Source: Leptolyngbyaceae cyanobacterium
GTDB lineage: Bacteria; Cyanobacteriota; Cyanobacteriia; Leptolyngbyales; Leptolyngbyaceae
Direction: 5' to 3'
Length of the DNA stretch: 64,000 bases
Assembly: GCA_046080785.1 (NCBI GenBank)
Contig: JBJTUO010000008.1
Span: 12,571 to 76,570 of the forward strand
In this document: positions 37,816 to 47,916 of the stretch, piece by piece
Layout: each line of letters begins with the position of its first letter
Numbering within the stretch: position 1 is the stretch's first letter
The notes under the pieces: model-generated
Database searches by the model: none
What the model was told of the DNA's origin: nothing
The model's input: the letters and a program-made list of their open reading frames with translations, nothing else
Position numbers and translations under genes: made by a program

Positions 37816-39954
37816 ATGACTCCACGGAAGCTACTGCGCTCTGGTCGTCTCGGTCTGGCAGCCCTGGGAGTAGGGGGGTGCGTAATCGTTCTGCGACTAA
37901 CGGGCCTTTTACAAATATTGGAGTGGGCTGCCCTGGATCAGTTCATCCGGTTACGGGCCCTTGAGCCAGTGGACAATCGGATTGTTCTGGTGACGCTAGA
38001 CGAAACTGACTTGCGTCGTGTGGGGCAATGGCCAATTTCAGACCAGGTGATGGCCGACTTATTAAAACAGATTCAAAGGCAACAGCCCCGGGTCATTGGG
38101 TTAGATATTTATCGAGACCTCGCCGTTGAACCAGGGCATCAAGCACTGACCCAATTGTTTACAAGCCTGCCTAATCTGATCGGAATTCATAGACTAGCAG
38201 ATAACACCTCTCAAGAAATTTTACCGCCTCCTGTTTTGGCAAACCGAGGACAGATCGGGTTCAACAATCTCGTCTATGACCAGGATGGTAAAGTGCGGCG
38301 GGGGATATTGTATTGGACGGTGAACGACCAGCCCTATAAGAGTTTCGCTCTGGCGATCGCCCTCAAATACTTACAAGTTGAAGGCATTACTGAACAAAGC
38401 GCTACTTCCAATCTCCCCCATCTCAAGTTAGGTAAAGCCATCTTTCCCCAATTTCAGGCTAATGACGGGGCTTACGTTCGGGCTGATGATAAGGGTTACC
38501 AGTTTCTTGCCAATTTAAGGGGGCCAGCTCGTCGATTTCAGCAGATTTCAGTGACTCAAGTCCTAGCGGGCCAAATTCCTTCTCACCTGATGCGCGATCG
38601 CATCGTCATGATTGGCTCCACCGCTGTTAGCTTAAAGGACTTTTTTCCCACCTCTTATAATTCTCTTCTGTTTGGGCATGCCGAGGGCATGTCGGGTGTG
38701 GAGCTTCAGGCTAACCTGGTGAGCCAAATTATCAGCAGTGCTGTGGACAACCGACCTTTGTTAAACGTCTGGCCAGAGCCTATCGAGTGGGTTTGGATTT
38801 TGCTCTGGTCTGGATTAGGCGTCTGGATTATTTGGTATCAACGATCGTTGCTCACCGCTTCCCCCCTGCTGCTGCTGGCCGGAGGTGGCTTGATCACAAT
38901 GAGTTACCTTGCTTTCCTATGGGGTTGGTGGCTACCAGTTGTGCCCCCTCTATTGGCTCTGAGTACCTCTGCCCTCGTGATCACTCTCTATCTGGCCTAT
39001 TTACAGGAAGAACTGAAGCGGTCAAAAGAGTTTCTCAACACAGTGATTAACGCGATCCCCGATCCCGTTTTTGTTAAAGACCAAAACCATCGTTGGATTG
39101 TGGTCAATCAAGCCTTTTGTCGATTGCTAGGTTACCCCATGGAAACCCTCTTAGAACAGACTGACCATGATGTGTTTTCTCTAACTGAAGCAGATAAGCT
39201 ACAGTTACGAGATCAAACTGTGCTGATCAATGGGCAAGAGTTGGAATCAGAAGAGACCCTGACGGATCAAGCAGGTCACACCTACCAAATTGCGACCAAA
39301 CGTACTTTACACCGGGATGCAGCAGGGAACTTGTTTCTGATCGGTGTGATGCGTGACATTACAGAACGCAAACGGATGGAAGAAGACCTGAAACGGACTG
39401 CTACAGAATTAGCTCATACGAATGCAGAGCTCCAGCGATCGGCCCATCAATTACAACACTTGGCTAATCATGATTCCCTTACGGGTCTGCCGAATCGTCA
39501 GCTATTTGGCCAGCGGCTGGAGCAAGCTATCGTGTGGGCCAGGAGCAATCGACAAGTCTTAGCTATTCTATTCATTGATTTAGATGGGTTCAAACAAATT
39601 AACGATACTCAGGGGCATCGGGTTGGGGATGGTTTACTGCAGATGATCTCCTGTCATTTGACTGGGTGCCTGCGCAGCAGTGATACGATTGCGCGCTTGG
39701 GTGGAGATGAATTCACGGTCATTCTGCCAGCAATTCCTGGAAAACAGGAAGCCACACGGGTTGCAGAAAAACTGTTGTCTACTCTAGCTCAACCTTTTGT
39801 CATAGAGGGCAAAACTGTGGCTATTACAGCCAGCATTGGCATCAGTCTGTATCCCCAAGATGGGCAAACAGCCGATGAGTTACTGAATCAGGCAGATATA
39901 GCCATGTATCAGGCTAAGCAGGCTGGTAAGAACGGGTACGCCTTTGTTGGATAG
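37816..39954 (+). CDS. CHASE2-PAS-GGDEF sensor diguanylate cyclase
   Basis: The 712-aa ORF has an N-terminal CHASE2 region followed by transmembrane helices and a PAS domain. The active site is intact (RLGGDEFTVIL), and an RxxD I-site (RSSD) lies 5 residues upstream. Confidence 0.9.
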   Translation: MTPRKLLRSGRLGLAALGVGGCVIVLRLTGLLQILEWAALDQFIRLRALEPVDNRIVLVTLDETDLRRVGQWPISDQVMADLLKQIQRQQPRVIGLDIYRDLAVEPGHQALTQLFTSLPNLIGIHRLADNTSQEILPPPVLANRGQIGFNNLVYDQDGKVRRGILYWTVNDQPYKSFALAIALKYLQVEGITEQSATSNLPHLKLGKAIFPQFQANDGAYVRADDKGYQFLANLRGPARRFQQISVTQVLAGQIPSHLMRDRIVMIGSTAVSLKDFFPTSYNSLLFGHAEGMSGVELQANLVSQIISSAVDNRPLLNVWPEPIEWVWILLWSGLGVWIIWYQRSLLTASPLLLLAGGGLITMSYLAFLWGWWLPVVPPLLALSTSALVITLYLAYLQEELKRSKEFLNTVINAIPDPVFVKDQNHRWIVVNQAFCRLLGYPMETLLEQTDHDVFSLTEADKLQLRDQTVLINGQELESEETLTDQAGHTYQIATKRTLHRDAAGNLFLIGVMRDITERKRMEEDLKRTATELAHTNAELQRSAHQLQHLANHDSLTGLPNRQLFGQRLEQAIVWARSNRQVLAILFIDLDGFKQINDTQGHRVGDGLLQMISCHLTGCLRSSDTIARLGGDEFTVILPAIPGKQEATRVAEKLLSTLAQPFVIEGKTVAITASIGISLYPQDGQTADELLNQADIAMYQAKQAGKNGYAFVG

Positions 39955-39969
39955 CTTGGATAGCCTGCG

Positions 39970-40965
39970 TCAGGCCTGAGCAGTTACTGACAGAAGTCCC
40001 AAGGCTAAGACCCCGCTACCAATCCCCAACCAGATTAAGAAACTCCAACGAGTTAGATTAAGTGCCTGACGGACAACCGCTGGCGTAATTGATTGCCGTG
40101 AATCTCCCAATAATGGCTTGGGACTGGCCATGCCCTGGTAGTAATTAAGCCCCCCCACCTGCACTCCCAGTACTGCTGCGTAAGCACATTCACTCCAGCC
40201 AGAATTAGGACTGGGGTCTTTTACTGCATCTCGTTGGCACAGTCGCCAGATATGGCAAGGACGCCCAGAGATTAAAGCCAGCGTCACAACCAGCAACCGA
40301 CAGGGCAACCAAGTAAGGCCATCCTCCAGGCGGGCACTAAACCAGCCCAGATCGGTGTAAGGAGCTTTGCGATACCCAACCATTGAGTCTAAGGTACTGG
40401 CGGCTTTATAGGCCAGGCTCAGAGGCACACTGCCAACAGCGGGCATCATCGCCCCGGCGATCGCATAAAACAAAGGCGCCATCACCCCATCTGTACCATT
40501 CTCTGTCACAGTCTCTAACACAGCCCGTAACACCTCCGCTTCCGACAAGGTTTCCGTATCCCGTCCTACATAGCGACTGAGGCGAAAGCGGGCCTCCACC
40601 AGATTACCCTGCTCTAAAGGATGTAAAACATCTTCTGCCGCCACTCGTAGGCTGCGACCTGCAAAACAACTCGCCAGTAAAATGACCGCCACAACCATAC
40701 CAGCCCAGGGATGAATCGCCTTGGCGATCGCAATCAAGCCCCAGCCCACCAGGCCACTGGCTAAAATCAGCCCTAGCCCCAGGCCAACCCCTGCTAACCG
40801 GAGGGCTACGGGATGCTTAAGGGAGGCCAACGCCCAACGGGTGTAATTCGCAATGATCCAGCCCATGACCTGCACCGGGTGCCACCAGTGCCAGGGGTCA
40901 CCCAGGCCATAGTCTAGCAGGGCAGACAATCCTAAAATCAGGGCAGGTTGGGAAATAAGCATCAT
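39970..40965 (-). CDS. cbiB: Adenosylcobinamide-phosphate synthase CbiB/CobD
   Basis: The 331-aa membrane protein reads LLDYGLGDPWHWWHPVQVMGW...ENGTDGVMAPLFY. Confidence 0.9.
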   Translation of the reverse strand: MMLISQPALILGLSALLDYGLGDPWHWWHPVQVMGWIIANYTRWALASLKHPVALRLAGVGLGLGLILASGLVGWGLIAIAKAIHPWAGMVVAVILLASCFAGRSLRVAAEDVLHPLEQGNLVEARFRLSRYVGRDTETLSEAEVLRAVLETVTENGTDGVMAPLFYAIAGAMMPAVGSVPLSLAYKAASTLDSMVGYRKAPYTDLGWFSARLEDGLTWLPCRLLVVTLALISGRPCHIWRLCQRDAVKDPSPNSGWSECAYAAVLGVQVGGLNYYQGMASPKPLLGDSRQSITPAVVRQALNLTRWSFLIWLGIGSGVLALGLLSVTAQA

Positions 40966-41053
40966 TCAAAATGGGGGGTCATACCCCTGATGGCTTGTTG
41001 TGACTGGGGGGAACACTACTAAAGCATTTACTGATTAGTAACAGAAAACAATC

Positions 41054-41512
41054 ATGACAAAACTGATACCCGTTGAACTAGAGGATGGCGCAATTCTCTA
41101 CATCGAAGCTCAGGAAGACGCTGAAGCGGTAAATACTCCACCGATCCAGCTTGCCCCCACAGGAAATGAGGAACAACGACGGGGTGGTCAGAAAGGCATT
41201 GGCAATATGGGCCAATCGATGCAAACCACCATGGCCCAGTCGATGCATATGGTGCAAAGTACGATTCGCACCTATACTCTTTACTCCTTGAATGCTTTCA
41301 AGAATATGGGGTCTGCCAATGTGGATGAAGTGACCCTGGAATTTGGGATTAATCTCAGTGCTGATGCCGGGATTCCCTACATCGCCAGTGGCAAAGCTCA
41401 GAGTAATTTAAAGATTACCGTCAAATGTTCCTATCCTCAAAAGTCAGAACCCAACCCGCTTACCAATGGCAATGGCAACCAGGCTGAGGCGCAACGAACC
41501 CAAACCCATTAA
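41054..41512 (+). CDS. Trypco2-like (trypsin-co-occurring domain 2 / CU044_2847-type) small protein
   Basis: The N-terminal strand is LIPVELEDGAILYIEAQED. The C-terminal VDEVTLEFGINLSADAGIPYIASGKAQSNLKITVKC matches my recollection of the trypco2 pattern: (E/D)-V-x-(V/L)-E-F-G, then an amphipathic segment, then K-(I/V)-T-(L/V)-K. Confidence 0.5.
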   Translation: MTKLIPVELEDGAILYIEAQEDAEAVNTPPIQLAPTGNEEQRRGGQKGIGNMGQSMQTTMAQSMHMVQSTIRTYTLYSLNAFKNMGSANVDEVTLEFGINLSADAGIPYIASGKAQSNLKITVKCSYPQKSEPNPLTNGNGNQAEAQRTQTH

Positions 41513-41952
41513 ACAATAAAACTGCTTTCCTGACCCTGGGCGGCCTGCCAACTGCGAGCATCGTAGTACAGGTCTTCCAGGGATATGCTGTAAAGAGCTT
41601 CCTTGAGTTTTTGATGCAGTCGGTTCCAGAGGGTAAAGGTCACCCAATCTTCTGCTTGACTGTTGTCTGGGCTGTAGTGGGGCAGCGGATCAATGGTTTC
41701 ACCTACCGCTTCTAAAATTTGGCCCAGGGAGATTTGACGAGGAGGTTGTGCCAGTTGATAACCACCCTGCACCCCCCGCAGCGATCGCACCAACCCGGCC
41801 CGACGCAATTCAATTAATAGCTTTTCTAGGTAAGGGGCTGGTAAATCTTGCCGCTGGGCAATCACATTGACTGAGACAGGCCCATAACCGGGCTGGAAGC
41901 TCAAATCCAACAAGGCCTTAACGCTATAATGGCCACGGGTAGTTAACTTCAT
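41509..41952 (-). CDS. Rrf2 family transcriptional regulator
   Basis: The N-terminus MKLTTRGHYSVKALLDLS is followed by a winged helix (LEKLLIELRRAGLVRSLRGVQGGYQLA). Confidence 0.9.
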   Translation of the reverse strand: MKLTTRGHYSVKALLDLSFQPGYGPVSVNVIAQRQDLPAPYLEKLLIELRRAGLVRSLRGVQGGYQLAQPPRQISLGQILEAVGETIDPLPHYSPDNSQAEDWVTFTLWNRLHQKLKEALYSISLEDLYYDARSWQAAQGQESSFIV

Positions 41953-41969
41953 GGAAAATGCCGTTAAAA

Positions 41970-42043
41970 CGGGCTAGGAGGGATTCGAACCCCCGACACC
42001 GTGGTCCGTAGCCACGTGCTCTAGTCCACTGAGCTACAAGCCC
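41970..42043 (-). tRNA. tRNA-Arg (anticodon ACG)
   Basis: The reverse complement folds as a cloverleaf. The acceptor stem is GGGCTTG/CTAGCCC with one T:T mismatch. The D arm is GCTC-AGTGGACTA-GAGC. The anticodon arm is CGTGG-CTACGGA-CCACG, and the T arm is GGGGG-TTCGAAT-CCCTC. No CCA is encoded. Confidence 0.9.
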
Positions 42044-42075
42044 TTGCAAGACTTCCATATTAACATAGTTTCGCC

Positions 42076-42597
42076 ATGACGCAATCCCCTAATCTTTCTG
42101 GTACTGAAGCACCCCCATTGACTCATCTGGATCACCAGGGACAGGCCCACATGGTTGATGTTTCGATGAAAGCGCCGACGGTTCGGCAGGCAACAGCAGC
42201 AGGTCGAGTCCGGATGCAGCCTGATACTTTAGCCGCGATCGCGGCTGGTAATGCGCCTAAAGGAGATGTGGTTGCCACTGCTCGTCTGGCTGGCATCATG
42301 GCAGCAAAACAAACGGCCTGTCTGATTCCGCTCTGTCACCCATTGCCGTTACACAGTGTAGAGGTACAAATTACCCCAGATTTGATGCTTCCGGGCTATC
42401 AGATCCAGGCAACGGTGAAAACTAAGGCAGAAACAGGTGTGGAGATGGAAGCCCTGACCGCTGTCTCGATCGCAGCCCTGACACTCTACGACATGGCAAA
42501 AGCTTTGGAAAAATCGATTCAAATTGAAGCAATTCACCTGGTCAGTAAATCTGGCGGTAACTCTGGTGACTATCCGCTCATTTCTAACATTCTTTGA
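42076..42597 (+). CDS. moaC: Cyclic pyranopterin monophosphate synthase MoaC
   Basis: The sequence reads [20 protein letters not shown]...[26 protein letters not shown]. Confidence 0.93.
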   Translation: MTQSPNLSGTEAPPLTHLDHQGQAHMVDVSMKAPTVRQATAAGRVRMQPDTLAAIAAGNAPKGDVVATARLAGIMAAKQTACLIPLCHPLPLHSVEVQITPDLMLPGYQIQATVKTKAETGVEMEALTAVSIAALTLYDMAKALEKSIQIEAIHLVSKSGGNSGDYPLISNIL

Positions 42598-43538
42598 ATG
42601 GGCTTGATAGCCGCCAGCCGGGTTGCTTCTGGCACCGTAATTTCGGGGGAGCGGTTAACCATGCAGGTATAGAGCTTTTCTAAGGTGTTAAGCCGCATAT
42701 GGGGGCACTCATTGCAGGCGCAATTGTTCATCGGGGGAGCGGGGATGAAATACTTTTGAGGCGACACTTTTTGCATCTGGTGTAAAATTCCCGGTTCGGT
42801 CGCCACAATAAAGGTCTGAGTAGAGCTTTGTTGGACGTAATTTAGTAAAGCCGTCGTCGAGCCAATAAAGCTGGCATGGCGCAACACCTCTGGCTCACAT
42901 TCTGGGTGAGCAATTGCCTCAGCTTCTGGGTATTGCAGCTTCAGTTGCACCATTTTTTTCTCAGAAAAGGTCTCATGCACGATGCAACTTCCCTGCCAAA
43001 GCACCAGCTCCCTGCCGGTCTGCTGCATCACATATCGACCTAGATTGCGATCGGGCGCAAAAATAATGGGCTGTTCAGGTGGGATCTGGCGCACAATTTG
43101 AACCGCGTTAGAGCTTGTACAAATAATGTCACTCAGGGCTTTGATGTCTGCCGTGCAATTGATGTAAGAAATAACCAAATGATCTGGGTACTGCGCCTTA
43201 AATCGGGCAAAGGCATCGGCAGGGCAACTATCTGCTAAAGAACAGCCTGCTGCCAAATCGGGTAGTAATACCTGTTTATGGGGGTTCAGAATCTTGGCGG
43301 TTTCTGCCATAAAGTGAACCCCAGCGAATACAATGACCTGAGCGTTAGTAGTGGCTGCCTGTTGGGATAAGCCCAGAGAATCTCCAATATAGTCGGCCAC
43401 ATCCTGAATGTCTGGATCCTGGTAGTAATGGGCTAAAATCACGGCATTTAACGCCCGTTTTAGGCAATCGATTTGGCCAAACAGGTCAACTGGCAACTGT
43501 GATTGAGCAGGAGTGCGGGTGGCAGAAAACACAGGCAT
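42570..43538 (-). CDS. nadA: Quinolinate synthase NadA
   Basis: The 322-aa ORF reads [37 protein letters not shown] and ...[15 protein letters not shown]. Confidence 0.95.
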   Translation of the reverse strand: MPVFSATRTPAQSQLPVDLFGQIDCLKRALNAVILAHYYQDPDIQDVADYIGDSLGLSQQAATTNAQVIVFAGVHFMAETAKILNPHKQVLLPDLAAGCSLADSCPADAFARFKAQYPDHLVISYINCTADIKALSDIICTSSNAVQIVRQIPPEQPIIFAPDRNLGRYVMQQTGRELVLWQGSCIVHETFSEKKMVQLKLQYPEAEAIAHPECEPEVLRHASFIGSTTALLNYVQQSSTQTFIVATEPGILHQMQKVSPQKYFIPAPPMNNCACNECPHMRLNTLEKLYTCMVNRSPEITVPEATRLAAIKPIQRMLEMSG

Positions 43539-43767
43539 TATCGAATGGCAACCTTCAAATTATAGTCTGAATCACCAAAATCGGGATATAAATTCTCTGT
43601 CAAGCCACCAAAAGCGCTGCGGTGTGCTGGCTTGACCAGGCTTGTCAGTATTATTCCCTGAACTGCTTAACAAGCGCTACAATAATCTCTACATTTCTAG
43701 CTTTGAGCCTTGATGACCAACCTTGAGTGGTTTTCATTAATGATCGATCTCGGCAAGGATGGCTAAG

Positions 43768-43854
43768 AGTCTATCCGAATACCTAAACTGTAGGGTGGGC
43801 AATGCCCCACCCTACCCGAGTTGTAGAAATTGTGAAGCAGTTTCCGGATAGGCT
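43768..43854. repeat. Small palindromic dispersed repeat (full copy)
   Basis: The flanking inverted ends are AGTCTATCCGAA (43768-43779) and TTCCGGATAGGCT (43842-43854). They surround a central hairpin, GTAGGGTGGG-caatgc-CCCACCCTAC (43790-43815). The right half recurs at 28251-28294. Confidence 0.6.
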
Positions 43855-44412
43855 TTAAGGCTCTTGCTAATGAAGTTTCTTTGGTTCCTATAGTTTTGAA
43901 ATTTGCTATAACTATGGTAAGCAGTATGAGATAGTACTGAGGTGTATGACTGGTTCTTTATTTCATCTTGCGCCCTACGGTATTGTCTCTCAGTTCCTAC
44001 GATGTAATCTAGTTCTACATGTGATTTAGTTCTACTTCAGATTGCCGCCATGTTAAATAAAGCTTTGTTTTGTGCTGAGCCACTCTGAAGAGTTTTTCCT
44101 GATTTTTACCGACTGTTGCTTCGAGTAATGTTCCAATTGATTTCAAGCTTTTTACATCGACAGCCTGACAGGTACCTTCCTGCTGAGGCTTTATGCAGGA
44201 GTTCTGAGTCTGATGTAAAGCTTCCGTTTGGAGCGACAACTAATGTATCTAATTGATTCATTGGGAGGGTACTCTAATATCAGTCCTGTCAACGGGAAGC
44301 AACCATTAATCATAGAGTGGGATGGTTGGCTCCCAATTGGTGCAGTCCTCTTTTCAAGGCAGTATTTCCTGTCTTGTACGAGCTTGAAGTTTATTGTGTA
44401 GGAGCAGCAAAT

Positions 44413-44727
44413 ATGCTACACCGCAAGATTTATCAACTCTGTTCTGATGGGCGTGAAGTCTGGATTTTCTTGCGGGATCAGCAACGCTGGATCGAACGCG
44501 CTCGCATTCTGGACATCGAGGGTGATTTGGTTACCCTGCGCTATGAAACTGAAGAAGAGGATGAGACCTGCTCTTGGGAGGAGATGGTGCGACTAGAAAG
44601 TATTGGGGCCGTCACTCAAAAGCTAGCTTCAGTGCCTAAAGGCAATGTGGAGCCCGCTGTGGCTGACGAATGTCCGGAAGCAGAGCAGATTCCTAATAAG
44701 CGATCGCCTGACCCTAATTTAGATTAA
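44413..44727 (+). CDS. Hypothetical protein (104 aa)
   Basis: The ATG at 44413 is preceded by AGGAG (gtAGGAGcagcaaatATG). The product is MLHRKIYQLCSDGREVWIFLRDQQRWIERARILDIEGDLVTLRYETEEEDE.... Confidence 0.5.
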   Translation: MLHRKIYQLCSDGREVWIFLRDQQRWIERARILDIEGDLVTLRYETEEEDETCSWEEMVRLESIGAVTQKLASVPKGNVEPAVADECPEAEQIPNKRSPDPNLD

Positions 44728-44866
44728 GGGAAATAAAGGTTACGTTGGCTACAGCATCGACTGGATACTTCCAGGTAGTATAAAAGGCATTTGAACGCTG
44801 TCAGAGTGTTACTTTTGGTTGCGTCATTCGTTTTACTTACTTCATTGGATATTGTAGCTTTTCGTG

Positions 44867-45382
44867 ATGGATAATCTAGCTGAGCGTTATGTCCGGCTGA
44901 GTCGTGCCTATATCAAGCTGGCTGACAAGTTTCACAAGCTTGATGTAGAGCACATGGCTCTGAGGGGTAAGGTCGTACCCCTACTCAGGGCGGTTAAGGC
45001 CCATCGAGTGACAATTGATCAACTGAGCGAAGAAAATTTAGCCCTAAAGGCTCAATTGACTGAGCTAGCTGGTACTCATCAGCGCATTCAAATACTGGAA
45101 GCTCAACTGCAGTCGTTAACGGCTCAATACCATACCTTGCAGCCGCTAGAAGCCTTACTCCAGTCAGAAGTTCAAGAAACTCTTACTGAAGCTGAACAAC
45201 AGATAGAATTGGTAGAGGCCACCGTTGATGAAATGGATAACGATCGTGACCCTGATTTAAGCGAAGCTGATAAGCAACTGTTGCAGGAGTATGAAAATGA
45301 CCCCAGCCGGTTTACTCTACCTCCACAAAGGTATCCTGTCGTCACTCACGCAGAAACAATTGTTCAGACTGTGATGAGTTAG
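44867..45382 (+). CDS. Coiled-coil hypothetical protein
   Basis: The 171-aa ORF has heptad-rich segments (LSEENLALKAQLTELAGTHQRIQILEAQLQSLTAQYHTLQ). The ORF track starts one codon earlier, at the GTG at 44864. Confidence 0.5.
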   Translation: MDNLAERYVRLSRAYIKLADKFHKLDVEHMALRGKVVPLLRAVKAHRVTIDQLSEENLALKAQLTELAGTHQRIQILEAQLQSLTAQYHTLQPLEALLQSEVQETLTEAEQQIELVEATVDEMDNDRDPDLSEADKQLLQEYENDPSRFTLPPQRYPVVTHAETIVQTVMS

Positions 45383-45451
45383 GCCATTTACCAAGGTTTG
45401 GTGGAGCCTGCCTGACTCAAGCATCGATCCTCTAGCAATCTTCCTAAGCTA

Positions 45452-46426
45452 ATGACCCTTCCCATTTTTGGGAGTCGGTTGCCTTCCAAGTGGTTGCAGC
45501 TTAGCATGATTGGGGCAGCGATTGTTGCAGCTCTGGTAGCACTGTGGGGGGTTTTGTGGGTGATGGGTGGCGGCAAGCTAATTGCTGATATCACGGCTCT
45601 GATTAATTGGGATGCTGTTGGGGCGCTTGGTGAAGTCTTTGGTGCCATAGGTCAGATCTTGATTGCAGTCTTGGCGCTCTATGTGGCATGGCGACAGTAC
45701 GTAATTGAGCGAGATTTGACTCTGCGGCAAAACCTGATTACTCAACAGCAGACGATCGACAGCTATTTCCAGGGGATTTCTGAACTGGTGCTGGACGGGG
45801 AAGGGTTATTGGAAGATTGGCCCCAGGAGCGGGCGATCGCTGAAGCCAGAACGGCTGCTATTTTGAGCAGTGTGGATGCAGATGGTAAGGCCAAAATCAT
45901 TCGGTTTCTCAGTCGGGCTCATCTATTAACCCCCTTAAAACGTGACCAGCGCCTGGGGCGGGTAATTTTGGATGGTACGGGTGGCTACGCTGAAGATCGT
46001 CAGCAAGGAGTGCGGGTGGTAGATTTGGGGATTATGCTGGCAGGTGCGAATCTAGCGGGTACTGATCTACGCTGGACCGACCTGAGTGAAGCTAACTTGA
46101 TTCGGGCCGATTTAAGTCAAGCAGACTTGGTGCGATGTAATCTGAGCCGCACCATCCTGGTAGATGCCAATCTGACGGGAGCAGACTTGAAGGGGGCTCG
46201 CCTGTTTTATGGGCAGCCTGAAGCAGCAACTCCCCGCAGTCAAATGGAACCTCCCGACTATCAGACTGGCCCCCATACTGGGGCAGTGATTGAAGGGGCG
46301 GATCTTACCGCAGTGAAGCAATTATCTCCCGACCAGCGCTACTACTGTTGTGCTTGGGGGGGAACCAGAACCCGACTGACTATTCCCGGTGGTTGTGAAG
46401 GGATCCCCAATAAATTGAACCAATGA
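45452..46426 (+). CDS. Membrane-anchored pentapeptide-repeat protein
   Basis: Two N-terminal hydrophobic helices are followed by A(D/N)LxG-type repeats: GANLAGTDLRWTDLSEANLIRADLSQADLVRCNLSRTILVDANLTGADLKGARL. Confidence 0.85.
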   Translation: MTLPIFGSRLPSKWLQLSMIGAAIVAALVALWGVLWVMGGGKLIADITALINWDAVGALGEVFGAIGQILIAVLALYVAWRQYVIERDLTLRQNLITQQQTIDSYFQGISELVLDGEGLLEDWPQERAIAEARTAAILSSVDADGKAKIIRFLSRAHLLTPLKRDQRLGRVILDGTGGYAEDRQQGVRVVDLGIMLAGANLAGTDLRWTDLSEANLIRADLSQADLVRCNLSRTILVDANLTGADLKGARLFYGQPEAATPRSQMEPPDYQTGPHTGAVIEGADLTAVKQLSPDQRYYCCAWGGTRTRLTIPGGCEGIPNKLNQ

Positions 46427-47916
46427 AAATTGAACTGGTGGATGTTGACAAACAGTTTGGCCCGGTAAAGGCCAATGATCGGGTTTCTTTGACAGTCGAA
46501 GCGGGAAGTATTCACGGTCTTCTGGGAGAAAATGGCGCTGGTAAAAGCACCCTGGTTAAAATTTTGAGTGGCTTTCTTAGCCGCGATCGGGGCACTATTT
46601 TGGTGAATGGTAAACCTGTAGTTATTTCCACACCATCTGATGCTATTCGTTGCGGCATCGGCATGTTGCATCAAGATCCTTTAGATTTTCCCCACCTGAC
46701 TGTCCTAGACAATTTTCTGGCTGGTAAACCCGGATCTCTATGGTTACATTGGGGACAGGCCACCCAGCAATTTAACCAATTAGCTAACCAGTTTAACTTT
46801 CGACTAGATAGCCGAGTCAGAGTTGATCATCTGACGGTGGGAGAACGACAACAATTAGAGATTTTGCGGTTGTTGTTTCTTGGTATCAATACCTTAATTT
46901 TGGATGAGCCGACCACTGGAATTTCCGCCTCTCAAAAACAAGCCCTGTTTGACTCCGCCCGCAAATTGGCCAATCAGGGAAAGTCTGTTATTTTTGTTTC
47001 TCATAAACTAGATGATGTTAACTATCTCTGCGATCGGGTAAGCGTCCTGCGTCAGGGCCAGATTGTTGGCAACGTGGAATTACCCTGCCCTGATCGGGAA
47101 CTGGTGGGGCTGATGTTTGGGCGAGAGTTGGTTCAGTCTGTTAAGCCCCCTACCTGCCAGACAAAACCCATCCTGCGCCTGGAAAATCTTTGTCTCCGCA
47201 GCAATCGCCTGTCTCTGCAAATTGAACACCTGGAAATTTGTGAAGGGGAGGTCGTCGGTCTGGCTGGGTTAGAGGGCAGTGGCCAGGAATTAGTGTTATT
47301 GGCCTGTGCTGGGTTGTTATCGCCAGAGTCGGGGCAGTTATTTGTGAATGGGGAAGAGATGACCCGCTGTCCTTATCGGGAGTATCTAAAACAGGGCATT
47401 GGTTACTCTCCCGCCGATCGCCTGCGAGATGGGCTGATTCCGGGGCTCTCCATTCATGAGCATGTAGCCTTAAAAACCTCTCCCCGTAGTTGGTTTGTCA
47501 ATTGGAAGCAAACCCTGGAAAAAACCCTGCAGGCGATTGCACTCTTTAATATTCGGGGCAAACCCCAGACTAAAGTAGAGCGATTGTCAGGGGGCAATCA
47601 ACAGCGCACCCAACTGGCTCTGCTTCCGGTTCCCCTTAACCTCCTGTTGATGGAACATCCCACCCGCGGTCTGGATATTGAATCTGTACTCTGGGTCTGG
47701 CAGCAGTTGATTGCTCGTTGTGAAGGAGGGACGGCCATTCTCTTTACCTCCTCTGATTTGGATGAAATTGTGAAGTACAGCGATCGGGTGATCGTCTTTA
47801 GTGGGGGGCAGCTATCTAAACCCATTGATGTCACTGATCTGACTGCTGAGCGGCTGGGACATCTGATCGGAGGCCAGGTGAATAGGATCCCCCAATTTTC
47901 GTCGGTTACCCGTTAG
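46423..47916 (+). CDS. ABC transporter ATP-binding protein with tandem nucleotide-binding domains (sugar/nucleoside type)
   Basis: Walker A motif GENGAGKST, signature LTVGERQQLEI and Walker B LILDEPT. The second half has LSGGNQQR. The ATG overlaps the upstream stop (ATGA). Confidence 0.9.
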   Translation: MKIELVDVDKQFGPVKANDRVSLTVEAGSIHGLLGENGAGKSTLVKILSGFLSRDRGTILVNGKPVVISTPSDAIRCGIGMLHQDPLDFPHLTVLDNFLAGKPGSLWLHWGQATQQFNQLANQFNFRLDSRVRVDHLTVGERQQLEILRLLFLGINTLILDEPTTGISASQKQALFDSARKLANQGKSVIFVSHKLDDVNYLCDRVSVLRQGQIVGNVELPCPDRELVGLMFGRELVQSVKPPTCQTKPILRLENLCLRSNRLSLQIEHLEICEGEVVGLAGLEGSGQELVLLACAGLLSPESGQLFVNGEEMTRCPYREYLKQGIGYSPADRLRDGLIPGLSIHEHVALKTSPRSWFVNWKQTLEKTLQAIALFNIRGKPQTKVERLSGGNQQRTQLALLPVPLNLLLMEHPTRGLDIESVLWVWQQLIARCEGGTAILFTSSDLDEIVKYSDRVIVFSGGQLSKPIDVTDLTAERLGHLIGGQVNRIPQFSSVTR

